Positions 52,288 to 61,035 of a stretch of DNA of 61,035 bases are shown here, piece after piece (position 1 is the stretch's first letter; each line of letters begins with the position of its first letter). The DNA comes from an uncultured Eubacteriales bacterium. Lineage in GTDB: Bacteria; Bacillota; Clostridia; Christensenellales; CAG-138. The notes under the pieces were generated by a model. It searched no databases. It saw only the letters and a list, made by a program, of their open reading frames with translations, and was not told where the DNA came from. The translations under genes were made by a program, and so were the position numbers. The stretch lies in the NCBI GenBank assembly GCA_902802805.1, contig CADCNE010000004.1, forward strand, positions 1 through 61,035, written 5' to 3'.

Positions 52288-52750
52288 GGATGCCAGCCAG
52301 CAGGCCCACCAGAGCGCCGGCCAGGGTGCCGGAGAGGAGGAGGACGGGGAGATAGGCGAAGAGGTAGCCGCTCTCTAGAATGAGGGCGGCGAGGGCGATC
52401 TGGCCCAGGTTGTGGAGCACGCCCCCGGCCACGCTGACGCCCAGGGGGGAGAAGCGGTCCGAGCGCTTCAGGAGGGCAGAGCCCGCGAGGCTCAGGACGG
52501 CCCCGGCGAGGCCGTAGAAGAAGGCAACGAAGCCCGTGAACAGGGCGGCGGACAGCAGGAGACGAATGAGGGACACCGCCCCCGCTTCCTTCCAGCCGTA
52601 GCGGTAGAGGAGGAACAGAATTACGATGTTGGGCAAGCCCACCTTCACCCCGGGCACGGCCACCAGGGGCGGCAGCAGGCTCTCCACGTAGGAGAGGATC
52701 AATGCGAGGGCCACACTGAGGCCCAACATGGTCAGCTTCCTCGTCTTCAT
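52262..52750 (-). CDS. Gx transporter family protein (heptaprenyl diphosphate synthase component I-like)
   Basis: 162 aa membrane protein. LSYVESLLPPLVAVPGVKVGLPNIVILFLL is typical of the family. Its 3' end overlaps the convergent P60 gene by 26 nt. Confidence 0.8.
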   Translation of the reverse strand: MKTRKLTMLGLSVALALILSYVESLLPPLVAVPGVKVGLPNIVILFLLYRYGWKEAGAVSLIRLLLSAALFTGFVAFFYGLAGAVLSLAGSALLKRSDRFSPLGVSVAGGVLHNLGQIALAALILESGYLFAYLPVLLLSGTLAGALVGLLAGILIRRGDIQ

Positions 52751-53136
52751 CCGCCGGTGACAGCGTCTAGCCCGGACGCCCCTCCCTTGATCCGCACCGC
52801 CAGCTTGTGGGGCAGGCAGACGATGCTCTGGCCCGTGTAGCGGATCTTTCCCGTCTTCACGCAGAGTTGGGTGGGGCAGTCCGCTTCGCTGAGATAGACC
52901 TCTCCCCCTTCGATGACCAAAAGGTTATAGCCCCCCTCCCCCTCTATGCGCACGGTCCGGTCCTCGCTGAGGGCGTACCGGGCAGTCTCCTGCCCGTTCT
53001 GCTCCACGATGACGGTGCCGCCGTCCTGCCGCAGCAGGAACCAAAGGCAACAGCAGACCAGGGCCGCCAGCAGGCAGCCGACCATCAAGTATAGGTCGCC
53101 CCGTTTGGGGGCGGCTTTTTTGCGCTTGTCGCTCAT
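52747..53136 (-). CDS. NusG domain II-containing protein (DUF1312)
   Basis: 129 aa with an N-terminal TM segment. CPTQLCVKTGKIRYTGQSIVCLPHKLAVRI motif. This is the usual partner of the Gx transporter. Confidence 0.8.
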   Translation of the reverse strand: MSDKRKKAAPKRGDLYLMVGCLLAALVCCCLWFLLRQDGGTVIVEQNGQETARYALSEDRTVRIEGEGGYNLLVIEGGEVYLSEADCPTQLCVKTGKIRYTGQSIVCLPHKLAVRIKGGASGLDAVTGG

Positions 53137-53210
53137 GGTCCGTTTCCTATGGGAATAGTATACTATAGGTCGCCCCGGTTTTCAAAGAAAAAGAAATCGT
53201 ATATCATCTC

Positions 53211-53239
53211 TTGACAAACGGAGGGAATTGGGGTAAACT
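53211..53239 (+). promoter_or_regulatory. SigA-type promoter of the T-box / metNIQ transcript
   Basis: TTGACA (53211-53216), 17 nt spacer, TAAACT (53234-53239). Confidence 0.65.
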
Positions 53240-53245
53240 GCATCT

Positions 53246-53512
53246 AATTTCATACCGAAAGGCAATGAAGGGAAGAGTACTCGATCAGGTACGGTCCAGA
53301 GAGCCCCGATGAGGTGGAAGCGGGGTGCGGATGGGTCGAGGAACATGGTCCCGGAGCCGCGCGGGCGAGATGTAGTCCGCGACGGGTGCGCCCGTCATCG
53401 CGCAGGAGTGTGTTGGCACTCCGTGAGGCGTCCGCCGCGAGGCCGGCGCGAAATCAAGGTGGTACCGCGAGTTTTTCGCCCCTGACTTATATTGGTCAGG
53501 GGTATTTTGTTT
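53246..53512 (+). promoter_or_regulatory. T-box riboswitch leader (probable methionine specifier) with intrinsic terminator
   Basis: Stem I elements are AGAGAG (53298-53303) and GGTGGAA (53313-53319). The T-box sequence is aaatcaaGGTGGTACCGCG (53451-53469). The terminator is cccctgac/gtcagggg (53479-53502) followed by tattttgttt. It sits upstream of metN. Confidence 0.8.
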
Positions 53513-53537
53513 GAAGGAGTAGCTAAAAAACGACGAC

Positions 53538-54548
53538 ATGGGAAAGCCGATCATTGAATTGAAGGGCATTACCAAAACATTCGGCACGGGGGACGGGGTC
53601 GTCACCGCGCTGAAGGACGTAAGTCTCACCATAGATGAGGGAGAGATCTTCGGGGTCATCGGCCTCTCCGGCGCGGGCAAGAGCACTTTGGTGCGATGCA
53701 TCAACCTGCTGGAGAAGCCCACGGCGGGCACGGTGATCGTGAACGGGCAGGAGCTGACGAGCCTGTCCGAAAAGGAACTGCGCGAGGCGCGGCGGAGCAT
53801 CGGCATGATCTTCCAGGGCTTCAACCTGCTGCAGCAGAAGAGCGTGCTGGATAACGTGTGCTTCCCGCTGCTCCTTGCGGGCGTATCCAAGAAGGAGGCC
53901 CGCGAGAAGGCGGAAAAGCTGCTCGATCGCGTAGGCCTCAGCGAGAAGCGGGACGCCTACCCCGCCCAGCTCTCCGGCGGCCAGTGCCAGCGGGTGGCCA
54001 TCGCCCGGGCCCTCAGCACGAACCCCAAGGTGCTGCTGTGCGACGAGGCGACCTCCGCTCTCGATCCCACCACCACCCTCTCCATCCTGGACCTCCTCAA
54101 GGAGCTGAACCGGGAGCTGAACGTGACCGTGGTGGTCATCACCCACGAGATGCGGGTGGTGGAGGCCATCTGCCATCGGGTGGCGATCCTCGCCGACAAC
54201 CACGTGGAGGAGCTGGGCATCGTGGAGGAGATCTTCCACCGGCCCAAGAGCATGGCGGCCCGGCAGTTGATCGTCCCCAGTAGCCAGGTGCCCCCCAAGG
54301 AGAGCTTTGGAGAAGGGCGGTTCCTGCGCATCACCTTCGACGGGCGGGATAGGACGGACCAGCCCCTGGTAGCGGAGATGGTGCTCCACACCGGCGTACC
54401 GGTGAGCATCGTGTTCGCGGACACGCGGAGTTTGAACGGCCGTCTCTACGGGCAGATGATACTGCAGCTCCCGGAGGACGACGAGACCATGGAAAAAATG
54501 ATGGGATTCCTTCGCCAGGCGGAGGTCTCCTTCGAGGAGGTGATCTGA
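53538..54548 (+). CDS. metN: methionine ABC transporter ATP-binding protein
   Basis: 336 aa. Walker A GLSGAGKST, signature LSGGQCQR, and a C-terminal NIL domain. Confidence 0.92.
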   Translation: MGKPIIELKGITKTFGTGDGVVTALKDVSLTIDEGEIFGVIGLSGAGKSTLVRCINLLEKPTAGTVIVNGQELTSLSEKELREARRSIGMIFQGFNLLQQKSVLDNVCFPLLLAGVSKKEAREKAEKLLDRVGLSEKRDAYPAQLSGGQCQRVAIARALSTNPKVLLCDEATSALDPTTTLSILDLLKELNRELNVTVVVITHEMRVVEAICHRVAILADNHVEELGIVEEIFHRPKSMAARQLIVPSSQVPPKESFGEGRFLRITFDGRDRTDQPLVAEMVLHTGVPVSIVFADTRSLNGRLYGQMILQLPEDDETMEKMMGFLRQAEVSFEEVI

Positions 54549-55220
54549 GTGCTGTTGACTGAAATGCTTTCCCTCATCGTGAAGGGATTTTGGGAGACCC
54601 TCTATATGACCCTTGGGTCCACGGTGGTGGCCTACGCCATCGGCCTGCCCCTCGGTTTACTGCTGATCCTCACGGACCCCCAGGGCCTGAAGCCCCGGCC
54701 GGTGTTCAACAAGGTGCTGGGCGTGGTCATCAACCTGTTGAGGTCCGTGCCCTTCATCATCCTGCTGGTGTGGGTCATGCCGGTGACCCGGGCTATCATG
54801 GGCACCACCATCGGCTCGAAGGCCACGCTGTCGCCGCTCACCATCGCGGCGGCCCCCTTCATCGCCCGCATGGTGGAGAGTTCTGCCCGTGAGGTGGATC
54901 GGGGCGTCATCGAGGCGGCCCTGTCCATGGGCGCTTCCCCGACACAGGTGCTCCTTCGGGTGATCCTGCCGGAGGCGAAGCCCTCCCTCATCACCGGCGG
55001 CGCCATCGCCATCACCACCATCCTCGGGTACTCGGCTATGGCGGGCATCGTGGGCGGCGGCGGCCTCGGAGCTATCGCCATCAACTATGGGTACTATCGG
55101 AGCAACAGCCAGATCATGCTGGTCATGGTCATCGTGCTGGTCCTCATCGTCCAGGTGTTCCAAGAGGTGGGCAGCCGGATCGCCCACAAAACAGACAAAC
55201 GGATCCGGGAACAAAACTAA
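54549..55220 (+). CDS. metI: methionine ABC transporter permease
   Basis: 223 aa. GTG start abutting the metN stop; an alternative ATG lies at 54564. MetI-like permease sequence. Confidence 0.9.
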   Translation: MLLTEMLSLIVKGFWETLYMTLGSTVVAYAIGLPLGLLLILTDPQGLKPRPVFNKVLGVVINLLRSVPFIILLVWVMPVTRAIMGTTIGSKATLSPLTIAAAPFIARMVESSAREVDRGVIEAALSMGASPTQVLLRVILPEAKPSLITGGAIAITTILGYSAMAGIVGGGGLGAIAINYGYYRSNSQIMLVMVIVLVLIVQVFQEVGSRIAHKTDKRIREQN

Positions 55221-55245
55221 CCTATTATAAAAAGGAGATACAACC

Positions 55246-56058
55246 ATGAAAAAGACCATCGCCATCATTCTGACCCTCGCCCTCATCCTGTCCTTCGCCG
55301 CCTGCGGCAAGAAGGCCGATTCGAAGACCATCAAGGTGGGCGCCAGCATCACCCCCCATGCGGAGATCCTCCGTGAAGCCGCCAAGATCCTGGAGAAGCA
55401 GGGCATCAAGCTGGAGGTCGTGGAGTACACCGACTACGTCCAGCCCAACACCGCCGTGGAGGACGGGAGCCTGGACGCCAACTACTTCCAGCACACCCCG
55501 TACCTCAACACCTTCAACGCAGAGAACAAGACCCACATCGTGTCCGTGGGCGCCATCCACTATGAGCCCTTCGGCATCTACGCGGGCAAGGTGAAGGCCC
55601 TCAGTGACCTCGTTGACGGCGCCAAGATCGGCGTGCCCAACGACGGCAGCAACGAGACCCGGGCCCTGCTCCTGCTGCAGCAGGAGGGCATCATCAAGCT
55701 GAAGGACGGCATCGACGCCTCCTCCAACGCCACCAAGCTGGACATCGTGGAGAACCCCAAGAACATCGAGATCGTGGAGATGGAGGCCGCTCAGATCTCC
55801 AAGGCTCTCGAAGACCTTGACTTCGGCGTCATCAACGGCAACTACGCCCTGCAGGCCGGCCTCAACGCGGGCACCGACGCCCTCGCGGTGGAGGACGCCT
55901 CCGGCTCCGGCGCCCAGACCTACGCTAACGTGCTGTGCGTGAAGGAGGGGAACGAAAAGAACGCCAACGTCCAGGCCCTCTTCAAGGCCCTGACCAGCGA
56001 GGAGATCAAGACCTTCATCAACAACACCTATTCCGGCGCGGTCGTGCCCATTTTCTAA
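55246..56058 (+). CDS. metQ: MetQ/NlpA family methionine-binding lipoprotein
   Basis: 270 aa. SFAAC lipobox. NlpA-family sequence (IKVGASITPHAEIL..). Confidence 0.9.
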   Translation: MKKTIAIILTLALILSFAACGKKADSKTIKVGASITPHAEILREAAKILEKQGIKLEVVEYTDYVQPNTAVEDGSLDANYFQHTPYLNTFNAENKTHIVSVGAIHYEPFGIYAGKVKALSDLVDGAKIGVPNDGSNETRALLLLQQEGIIKLKDGIDASSNATKLDIVENPKNIEIVEMEAAQISKALEDLDFGVINGNYALQAGLNAGTDALAVEDASGSGAQTYANVLCVKEGNEKNANVQALFKALTSEEIKTFINNTYSGAVVPIF

Positions 56059-56121
56059 GACCGTCGATAAAGGCGCCAGACCATTTGCGGCGTAATAATG
56101 CAATAAGATCATGCATAGGAA

Positions 56122-56149
56122 GAAAGGGCGCTAACCGCCCTTTCTTTTT
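56122..56149 (+). terminator. rho-independent terminator after metQ
   Basis: gaaagggcg-ctaac-cgccctttc stem followed by a T5 run. Confidence 0.8.
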
Positions 56150-56302
56150 ATTCTGTCGCCGCAAATTAACCGCGTTTTCGTCCTCTCACGGTACCCTTGT
56201 ACAGCTTCGGGGCGAAGAACGCGGTTTCTGCCACCTTTCTTGACGGTCTTTACCGATATCGCGCCGACCCAAACGGGTCGGCGCTGATTCGTTTTGGAGC
56301 GT

Positions 56303-57343
56303 TTATACCTCCAGATACCCCTTGAGCACCAGCAGGGCGTTCTTCACGCCGTCCTTGTGGCTGCGCTCATAGCCGTGGGAGGCGTAGACCCCGGCGCCGA
56401 TGAGGCCGTGGCGGATGTCGTAGCCCGCCTGCAGGGTGGCCTCCACGTCAGAGCCGTAGTGGGGGTACACGTCCACGGCATAGTCCGCCTCCTCCTTTTT
56501 GGCCGCGGCGATGAGCCTCTTCACCACGTCGTAGGAATAGGGGCCGCCGCTGTCCTTGGCGCATATGGACACCTGCTTCTCGGTACAGGAAAGGCCCTCG
56601 CCCACGCAGCCCATGTCCACGGAGATGGCCTCCGTGACGCCAGCGGGCACGGAGCCCGCGCCGCCGTGGCCCACCTCCTCGTAGACCGTCACGTGAGCAT
56701 AGACCTTGCGCTTCGGGGCGACGCCCTCGTCGTGAAGGTATTTGGCAAGGCCCAGAAGGATCCCCACGCTCAGCTTGTCATCCAGGAAGCGGCTCTTGAT
56801 GTACCCCTTCTCCGTGACCCGGGAGCGGGGATCGAAACAGACGATGTCCCCGGCGCTGATGCCCAGCTTTTTGGTGTCGTCGGCCGACTTCACATCCTCG
56901 TCCAGGACCACCTCCATGCAGGTGAACTTGCGCACGGTGTCCCCGTAGCTGCCGTTCACGTGAACGGAGGCGTTATCGAGCTGCAGCGTGCCCTCGTAGA
57001 CGCCGTTGAACTTGGTGACCACGCGGCAGTTCTCCGCCTCGGTGTTCTCGGGCCTGAGGCCCCCGAGGGGCGAGATACGGAGCCTCCCGTTGCTTTTGAT
57101 CTCACTGACCATGCCGCCCAGGGTGTCGATGTGGGCCTCCACCCACAGAGCGTCCTGCTCGTTTTCGCCGCCCAGTTCCGCCACCACGCCGCCCTTGCCC
57201 GTGAGCCAGACTTTGCAGCCCAGGGCCCTGAACTCGTTCAGGCAGGCCTCCGCCGCCTGCTCCGTGTACCCCGAGGGGCTGTCGATGGCCAACAGCTTCA
57301 TGGTCTGTTCTACCGCGTAATCCACATATTTCTGATCGATCAT
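56303..57343 (-). CDS. M42 family metallopeptidase (glutamyl aminopeptidase / FrvX-like)
   Basis: ORF trimmed to MIDQKYVDYAVEQTMKLLAIDSPSGYT. M42-like sequence throughout. Confidence 0.85.
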   Translation of the reverse strand: MIDQKYVDYAVEQTMKLLAIDSPSGYTEQAAEACLNEFRALGCKVWLTGKGGVVAELGGENEQDALWVEAHIDTLGGMVSEIKSNGRLRISPLGGLRPENTEAENCRVVTKFNGVYEGTLQLDNASVHVNGSYGDTVRKFTCMEVVLDEDVKSADDTKKLGISAGDIVCFDPRSRVTEKGYIKSRFLDDKLSVGILLGLAKYLHDEGVAPKRKVYAHVTVYEEVGHGGAGSVPAGVTEAISVDMGCVGEGLSCTEKQVSICAKDSGGPYSYDVVKRLIAAAKKEEADYAVDVYPHYGSDVEATLQAGYDIRHGLIGAGVYASHGYERSHKDGVKNALLVLKGYLEV

Positions 57344-57406
57344 AGTGCGTTCCTTTCTTTGTTTATTGGTAGTATTGTACCAAAACCTACGCACCCTCGT
57401 CTACAG

Positions 57407-57502
57407 AAAAAGGAGATTCTCTGCAGAATCTCCTTTATCCCAATAAAGTTTCTCTTTTTCCGCCGCTTTTTCTCTTTGTATAAAGAGAAAAAGCGGCAAA
57501 AG
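57407..57502 (+). repeat. palindromic element (hairpin B' + module C); hairpin B' doubles as the minus-strand terminator of the liv operon
   Basis: aaaggagatt-ctctgcag-aatctccttt (57409-57436) is followed on the minus strand by ttttt. Then comes the linker atcccaataaagtttctcttttt. Then ccgccgctttttctctttgtataaagagaaaaagcggc followed by aaaag. Confidence 0.8.
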
Positions 57503-57509
57503 AAGGTAC

Positions 57510-58208
57510 TTACCCCCCCAAATACGCCTTCTGCACCTCGGGGCTGCGGCTCAGCTCCTCGCCGGTGCCGGAAAGCACGATGCGGCCGGTCTCCATGACG
57601 GCGGCCCGGTGGGCGAGCTTGAGGGCCAGCGCGGCGTTCTGCTCCACCAGCAGGATGGTGGTGCCGTTCTCGTTGAGGCGGCGGATGATCTCGAAGATCT
57701 CCGACACCAGCAAGGGCGAGAGGCCCATGGACGGCTCGTCGAGGAGCATCAGCTTCGGCCGGCTCATGAGCGCCCGGCCCATGGCCAGCATCTGCTGCTC
57801 GCCGCCAGACAGAGTGCCCGCGGTCTGCTTCTTGCGCTCCTTCAGCCGGGGGAAGTAGGTGAACACCTTTTCCATGTCGGCAGAAAAGTCGTCCTTGCGC
57901 AGGTAGGCGCCCATCTCCAAATTTTCAAGGACCGTCAGCCCCGGGAACACCCGCCGTCCCTCGGGGGACTGGGAGATGCCCATGGCCACCCGGCTCTGGG
58001 GCGTCGACTTCGTGATGTCCTTGCCCAGGAACTGGATGGTGCCGCTCTGGGCCTTCTTAAGGCCGGAGAGGGTCAGCAGCGTCGTTGTCTTGCCCGCGCC
58101 GTTGGCGCCGATGAGGGTCATGATCTCCCCCTCCTCCACGGAGAAGGATACATCCTTCAGGGCGCGGATGTTGTCATAATAGACGTTCAGGCCCGATACT
58201 TCAAGCAT
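57510..58208 (-). CDS. livF: branched-chain amino acid ABC transporter ATP-binding protein
   Basis: 232 aa. GANGAGKTT, LSGGEQQMLAMGRAL. Confidence 0.9.
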   Translation of the reverse strand: MLEVSGLNVYYDNIRALKDVSFSVEEGEIMTLIGANGAGKTTTLLTLSGLKKAQSGTIQFLGKDITKSTPQSRVAMGISQSPEGRRVFPGLTVLENLEMGAYLRKDDFSADMEKVFTYFPRLKERKKQTAGTLSGGEQQMLAMGRALMSRPKLMLLDEPSMGLSPLLVSEIFEIIRRLNENGTTILLVEQNAALALKLAHRAAVMETGRIVLSGTGEELSRSPEVQKAYLGG

Positions 58209-59052
58209 GGATAGCCTCCTCTCCCAGGTACGCCTCGATGACCACGGGGTTACTTTGGATCTCCTTGGGCGTGCCCTTGGCGATGATCTTCCCGTAGTTC
58301 AGCACGGCGATGCCCTCGCAAATGCCCATGACCAGATTCATGTCGTGCTCGATGAGCATGATGGCGATGTTGAACTGGTCCCGGAGCATGCGGATATTGT
58401 CCATGAGCTCGTGGGTCTCGGAGGGGTTCATGCCCGCCGCCGGCTCGTCAAGGAGCAGGAGCTTGGGTTCCGACGCCAATGCGCGGACGATCTCCAGCCG
58501 CCGCTGGTCCCCGTAGGGCAGGTTCCCCGCCAGCTGGTCCGCCTTGTCGGTCAGGTTGAAGAGGTCCAAAAGCTCCAGGGCCCGCACGTGCTGCCGCCGC
58601 TCGGTCCGCCACCAGCCGGGGAGCCGGAGCATGTCGGTGAACACGCCGTCCTTATACCCGTGGCTCATGCCCACCTTCACGTTGTCCTCCACGGTCATGC
58701 CGGAGAAGAGCCGGATGTTTTGGAAGGTCCGGGCGATGCCCAGCCGGTTCAGCTGGTGCATGGACTTGCCGCGGGTGTCCTGGCCGTTCAGCAGGATCTT
58801 GCCCTGGGTGGGCTTATACACGTTGGTGAGCAGGTTGAACACCGTGGTCTTGCCCGCGCCGTTGGGGCCGATGAGGCCCGCGATCTCCGTCTTGCCGATG
58901 AGGAGCGTGAAGTCGTCCACAGCCCGCAGGCCGCCGAAGTCCACGCACAGGTGCCGGATGTCCAGGATGGGCGGGCTCCCCGCGTCACGCTCGGGGATGA
59001 TGCCCAGACCGTCCAGGGGGACCATGTTGCTGTTCACAGGTTTCTTAGGCAT
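58201..59052 (-). CDS. livG: branched-chain amino acid ABC transporter ATP-binding protein
   Basis: ORF trimmed to MPKKPVNSN, whose start overlaps the livM stop by 8 nt. GPNGAGKTT, LPYGDQRRLEIVRAL. Confidence 0.9.
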   Translation of the reverse strand: MPKKPVNSNMVPLDGLGIIPERDAGSPPILDIRHLCVDFGGLRAVDDFTLLIGKTEIAGLIGPNGAGKTTVFNLLTNVYKPTQGKILLNGQDTRGKSMHQLNRLGIARTFQNIRLFSGMTVEDNVKVGMSHGYKDGVFTDMLRLPGWWRTERRQHVRALELLDLFNLTDKADQLAGNLPYGDQRRLEIVRALASEPKLLLLDEPAAGMNPSETHELMDNIRMLRDQFNIAIMLIEHDMNLVMGICEGIAVLNYGKIIAKGTPKEIQSNPVVIEAYLGEEAIHA

Positions 59053-60070
59053 GATCCTCACCTGCCTTTGGCGCCTTTTTGAAGAGCCGTCCGTTGATGA
59101 GCTTCTCAAGGATCCGGCTCAGGCTGAAGTCGTACCGGCCCAGGAGGCCCGAGGGCTTGAAGATCATCACCACGATCAACAGCAGCGCGTAGATGACCAT
59201 GCGGTACTTGTTGAAGCTCTGGAGCATGAGGGGCAGGGCCGTCAGGATGCCCGCGGCAATGATGGACCCTGCCATGGACCCGAGGCCGCCCAGCACCACC
59301 ATGACCAGGATATTGATGCTGGTCATGAAGGTGAAGTTGTTGGGCGTGAGGATGCCCGTGTACCCGGCGTAGAGGGCCCCGGCCACCCCCGCGAAGAAGG
59401 CGGAGACCGTGAAGGCCAGGACCTTGTAGAAGGTGGTGTTGACGCCGCTCGCCTCGGCCGCGATCTCGTTCTCCCGGATGGCCAGGATGGCCCGGCCGTG
59501 ACGGGATTTCATCAGCGTGTGTATGAGGGCGCAGGAGACGATGACGGTAGAATACACCACCAGGAAGGTGGAGTGCTTGGGGATGCTCATAAGGCCGGGC
59601 GTGCCGCCGGTGATCCCCGGCAGGTTGATGATGAACACCCGGATGATCTCCCCGAAGCCCAGGGTGATGATGGCGAGATAGTCGCCCCTGAGCCGCAGGG
59701 CAGGGATGCCGATGAGGATACCGAAGACCGCCGCCACGAGACCTCCCAAAATGAGGCCCAGCAGCAGCGCGCCCGTGTTCTTGGGCATGGACTTCCAGAG
59801 GATGGCCGCCGCGTAGCCGCCCACGGCCATGAACCCGGCGTGCCCCAGGGGCAGCTGACCGAGATAGCCGGTGGCCACGTTCAGGGACACGGCCAGCAGG
59901 GCGTAGATGCCGATCTGCAGGATGACGGCCTTCTGGGCCCGGCTCACCCCGCCGCCGGTGACCAGCTTGTTGCCCAGGATGAGGAGCGTCGCGAGCAGGA
60001 CGGCGTTGATGAGGTACTTGAGCCAGACGGGTATCTGCTTGTATCCGCGCAAGGTCTTATCCATAGCCAC
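59045..60070 (-). CDS. livM: branched-chain amino acid ABC transporter permease
   Basis: 341 aa polytopic. LivM-like (GQLPLGHAGFMAVGGY). Confidence 0.88.
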   Translation of the reverse strand: MAMDKTLRGYKQIPVWLKYLINAVLLATLLILGNKLVTGGGVSRAQKAVILQIGIYALLAVSLNVATGYLGQLPLGHAGFMAVGGYAAAILWKSMPKNTGALLLGLILGGLVAAVFGILIGIPALRLRGDYLAIITLGFGEIIRVFIINLPGITGGTPGLMSIPKHSTFLVVYSTVIVSCALIHTLMKSRHGRAILAIRENEIAAEASGVNTTFYKVLAFTVSAFFAGVAGALYAGYTGILTPNNFTFMTSINILVMVVLGGLGSMAGSIIAAGILTALPLMLQSFNKYRMVIYALLLIVVMIFKPSGLLGRYDFSLSRILEKLINGRLFKKAPKAGEDHA

Positions 60071-60071
60071 C

Positions 60072-60950
60072 TCACACCTTCTCCGCCACGCCCTTGCCCA
60101 AAAGGCCTGCGGGCTTGACGAGCAGCACCAAAATGAGGATGGCGAACACCACCGCGTCCGTCCAGGCGGAGAACCCGAGGGCGGTCACCAGCACCTCCGC
60201 GAACCCGATGGCAAAGCCGCCCACCACCGCGCCGGGGATGGAGCCGATGCCGCCCAGCACCGCCGCCACGAAGGCCTTGAGGCCCAGGAGCGAGCCCATG
60301 GTGGGGTTCGCCACGGAGTAGCGGCAGCAGTAGAGCACGGAGCCCACGCCGGCGAGGGCGGAGCCGATGGCGAAGGTGATGGAGATGACCCGGTTGATGT
60401 CGATGCCCATGAGCTGGGCCGCGCCGGTGTCCTCGGAAACGGCCCGCATGGCCTTGCCCATCCGGGTCTTCTGGATCAAAAGATGGAGCCCCACCATGGC
60501 CCCCACGGAGACCACGATGGTCACCAGGGTGGAAAGGCTCAGGTTCAGCCCGCCCAGCTCGATGGCCTTGGCGGGAATGATGGCGGTGCTGGGATAGGAC
60601 CGGGTGTTGGCCGTGAAGAACAGCTGCACCAGGTTTTGTAAGAGCAGCGACACGCCGATGGCCGTGATGAGGAGCGAGATCCGAGGCGCGGACCTAAGGG
60701 GCCGGTAGGCCACCTTTTCGATGAGCACGCTGACCATCACGCAGCCCAAAATAGTAATAGCCACCGCCAGCGCGGGGTGGACCCCCGCGCCGATGGTGAG
60801 CAAAGCGATATAGGCGCCGATCATGATCACGTCCCCGTGGGCGAAGTTCAGCAGGCGTATGATGCCGTACACCATGCTGTATCCAAGAGCCACCAGGGCG
60901 TAGATGCTGCCCAGCTGCAGACCGTTGATGCATTGGGATAGAAAGAGCAT
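60072..60950 (-). CDS. livH: branched-chain amino acid ABC transporter permease
   Basis: 292 aa polytopic. LivH-like (INGLQLGSIYALVALGYSMVYGIIRLLNFAHGD). Confidence 0.88.
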   Translation of the reverse strand: MLFLSQCINGLQLGSIYALVALGYSMVYGIIRLLNFAHGDVIMIGAYIALLTIGAGVHPALAVAITILGCVMVSVLIEKVAYRPLRSAPRISLLITAIGVSLLLQNLVQLFFTANTRSYPSTAIIPAKAIELGGLNLSLSTLVTIVVSVGAMVGLHLLIQKTRMGKAMRAVSEDTGAAQLMGIDINRVISITFAIGSALAGVGSVLYCCRYSVANPTMGSLLGLKAFVAAVLGGIGSIPGAVVGGFAIGFAEVLVTALGFSAWTDAVVFAILILVLLVKPAGLLGKGVAEKV

Positions 60951-61012
60951 TTCTCTGTCCCTTCCTTACTTGTCAAGTATCGTCGTGAAATGTGGATCGT
61001 TTACAGCGTACA

Positions 61013-61033
61013 GGCGGGGCTGTTCGCCCCGCC
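61013..61033. other. GC-rich hairpin upstream of livH at the window edge (possibly the inter-cistronic stem after an upstream livJ-type gene)
   Basis: ggcggggc-tgttc-gccccgcc. No T-run on the minus strand, and truncated by the window end. Confidence 0.3.
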
Positions 61034-61035
61034 CG

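Noticed and set aside
14582-57502. Reading the recurring palindromic repeats as a CRISPR array
   Set aside because: The copies are dispersed over 43 kb in separate intergenic regions and occur in both orientations. They have variable module content, no regular repeat-spacer periodicity, and no cas genes in the window.
1-61035. Prophage, integrative element, toxin-antitoxin or known defence-system genes
   Set aside because: I scanned every ORF of at least 60 aa. None shows integrase, transposase, recombinase, phage structural, restriction-modification, Cas or abortive-infection signatures that I can recognise. The RadC/JAB and NTP_transf_5 genes are the only family types sometimes seen in such islands, and their context here does not support a defence call.

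Overview
The window is a high-GC chromosomal segment that looks like a spore-forming Clostridia genome. The basis for that is the spoVAD/spoVAE genes, a T-box leader, AGGAGG-type ribosome-binding sites and TTGACA-N17-TATACT promoters. I call about 58 protein-coding genes, packed tightly on both strands. In window order they are:
- A histidine-utilisation / folate one-carbon block: fhs, an Lrp-type regulator, hutI, hutU, a divergent LysR regulator, glutamate formimidoyltransferase, a cyclodeaminase and hutD.
- spoVAD-spoVAE.
- An acyltransferase / DUF4392 / RadC operon.
- A DUF2975 membrane protein with a YozG-type HTH regulator.
- tatD, metG, an RNA-methyltransferase-like gene, murG and a PBP2-class penicillin-binding protein.
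- Several secreted or cell-wall enzymes: polysaccharide deacetylase, a Cthe_2159-like beta-helix protein and a GH3 hexosaminidase.
- A MotA/ExbB-like gene followed by two ExbD-like genes.
- NUDIX, GDPD, msrA, a MATE transporter, a duplicated beta-helix protein, and CPBP + TetR.
- An MFS / glycosyltransferase-like / MFS cluster.
- A cytoplasmic BMP-domain fusion protein and a disrupted metallophosphoesterase.
- A polysaccharide-type block: NTP_transf_5, a CapD-like dehydratase, a NusG paralogue and galE.
- nadE, an NlpC/P60 hydrolase, and a Gx-transporter / NusG_II pair.
- A T-box-controlled metNIQ operon, an M42 peptidase and livFGMH.

I saw no rRNA, tRNA, CRISPR array, transposase, integrase or prophage genes.

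The observations most worth follow-up are:
1. A dispersed family of tripartite palindromic intergenic elements at 8 loci, with stem covariation between copies.
2. An exact 36-nt in-frame sequence shared by the DUF2975 gene and the adjacent HTH regulator. In the regulator it sits in the turn of the HTH motif and is flanked by a 12-nt direct repeat.
3. A stand-alone ExbB / ExbD / ExbD-like proton-channel triad in an apparently monoderm genome.
4. A metallophosphoesterase with an internal deletion and frameshift.
5. A NusG paralogue positioned just upstream of a consensus promoter and leader for a CapD-like gene.

All family assignments come from motif recognition by eye, with no searches run. 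Start codons were chosen by inspecting ribosome-binding sites and may be off by a few codons. Many long ORFs in the track are antisense shadow ORFs typical of high-GC DNA, and I rejected them.
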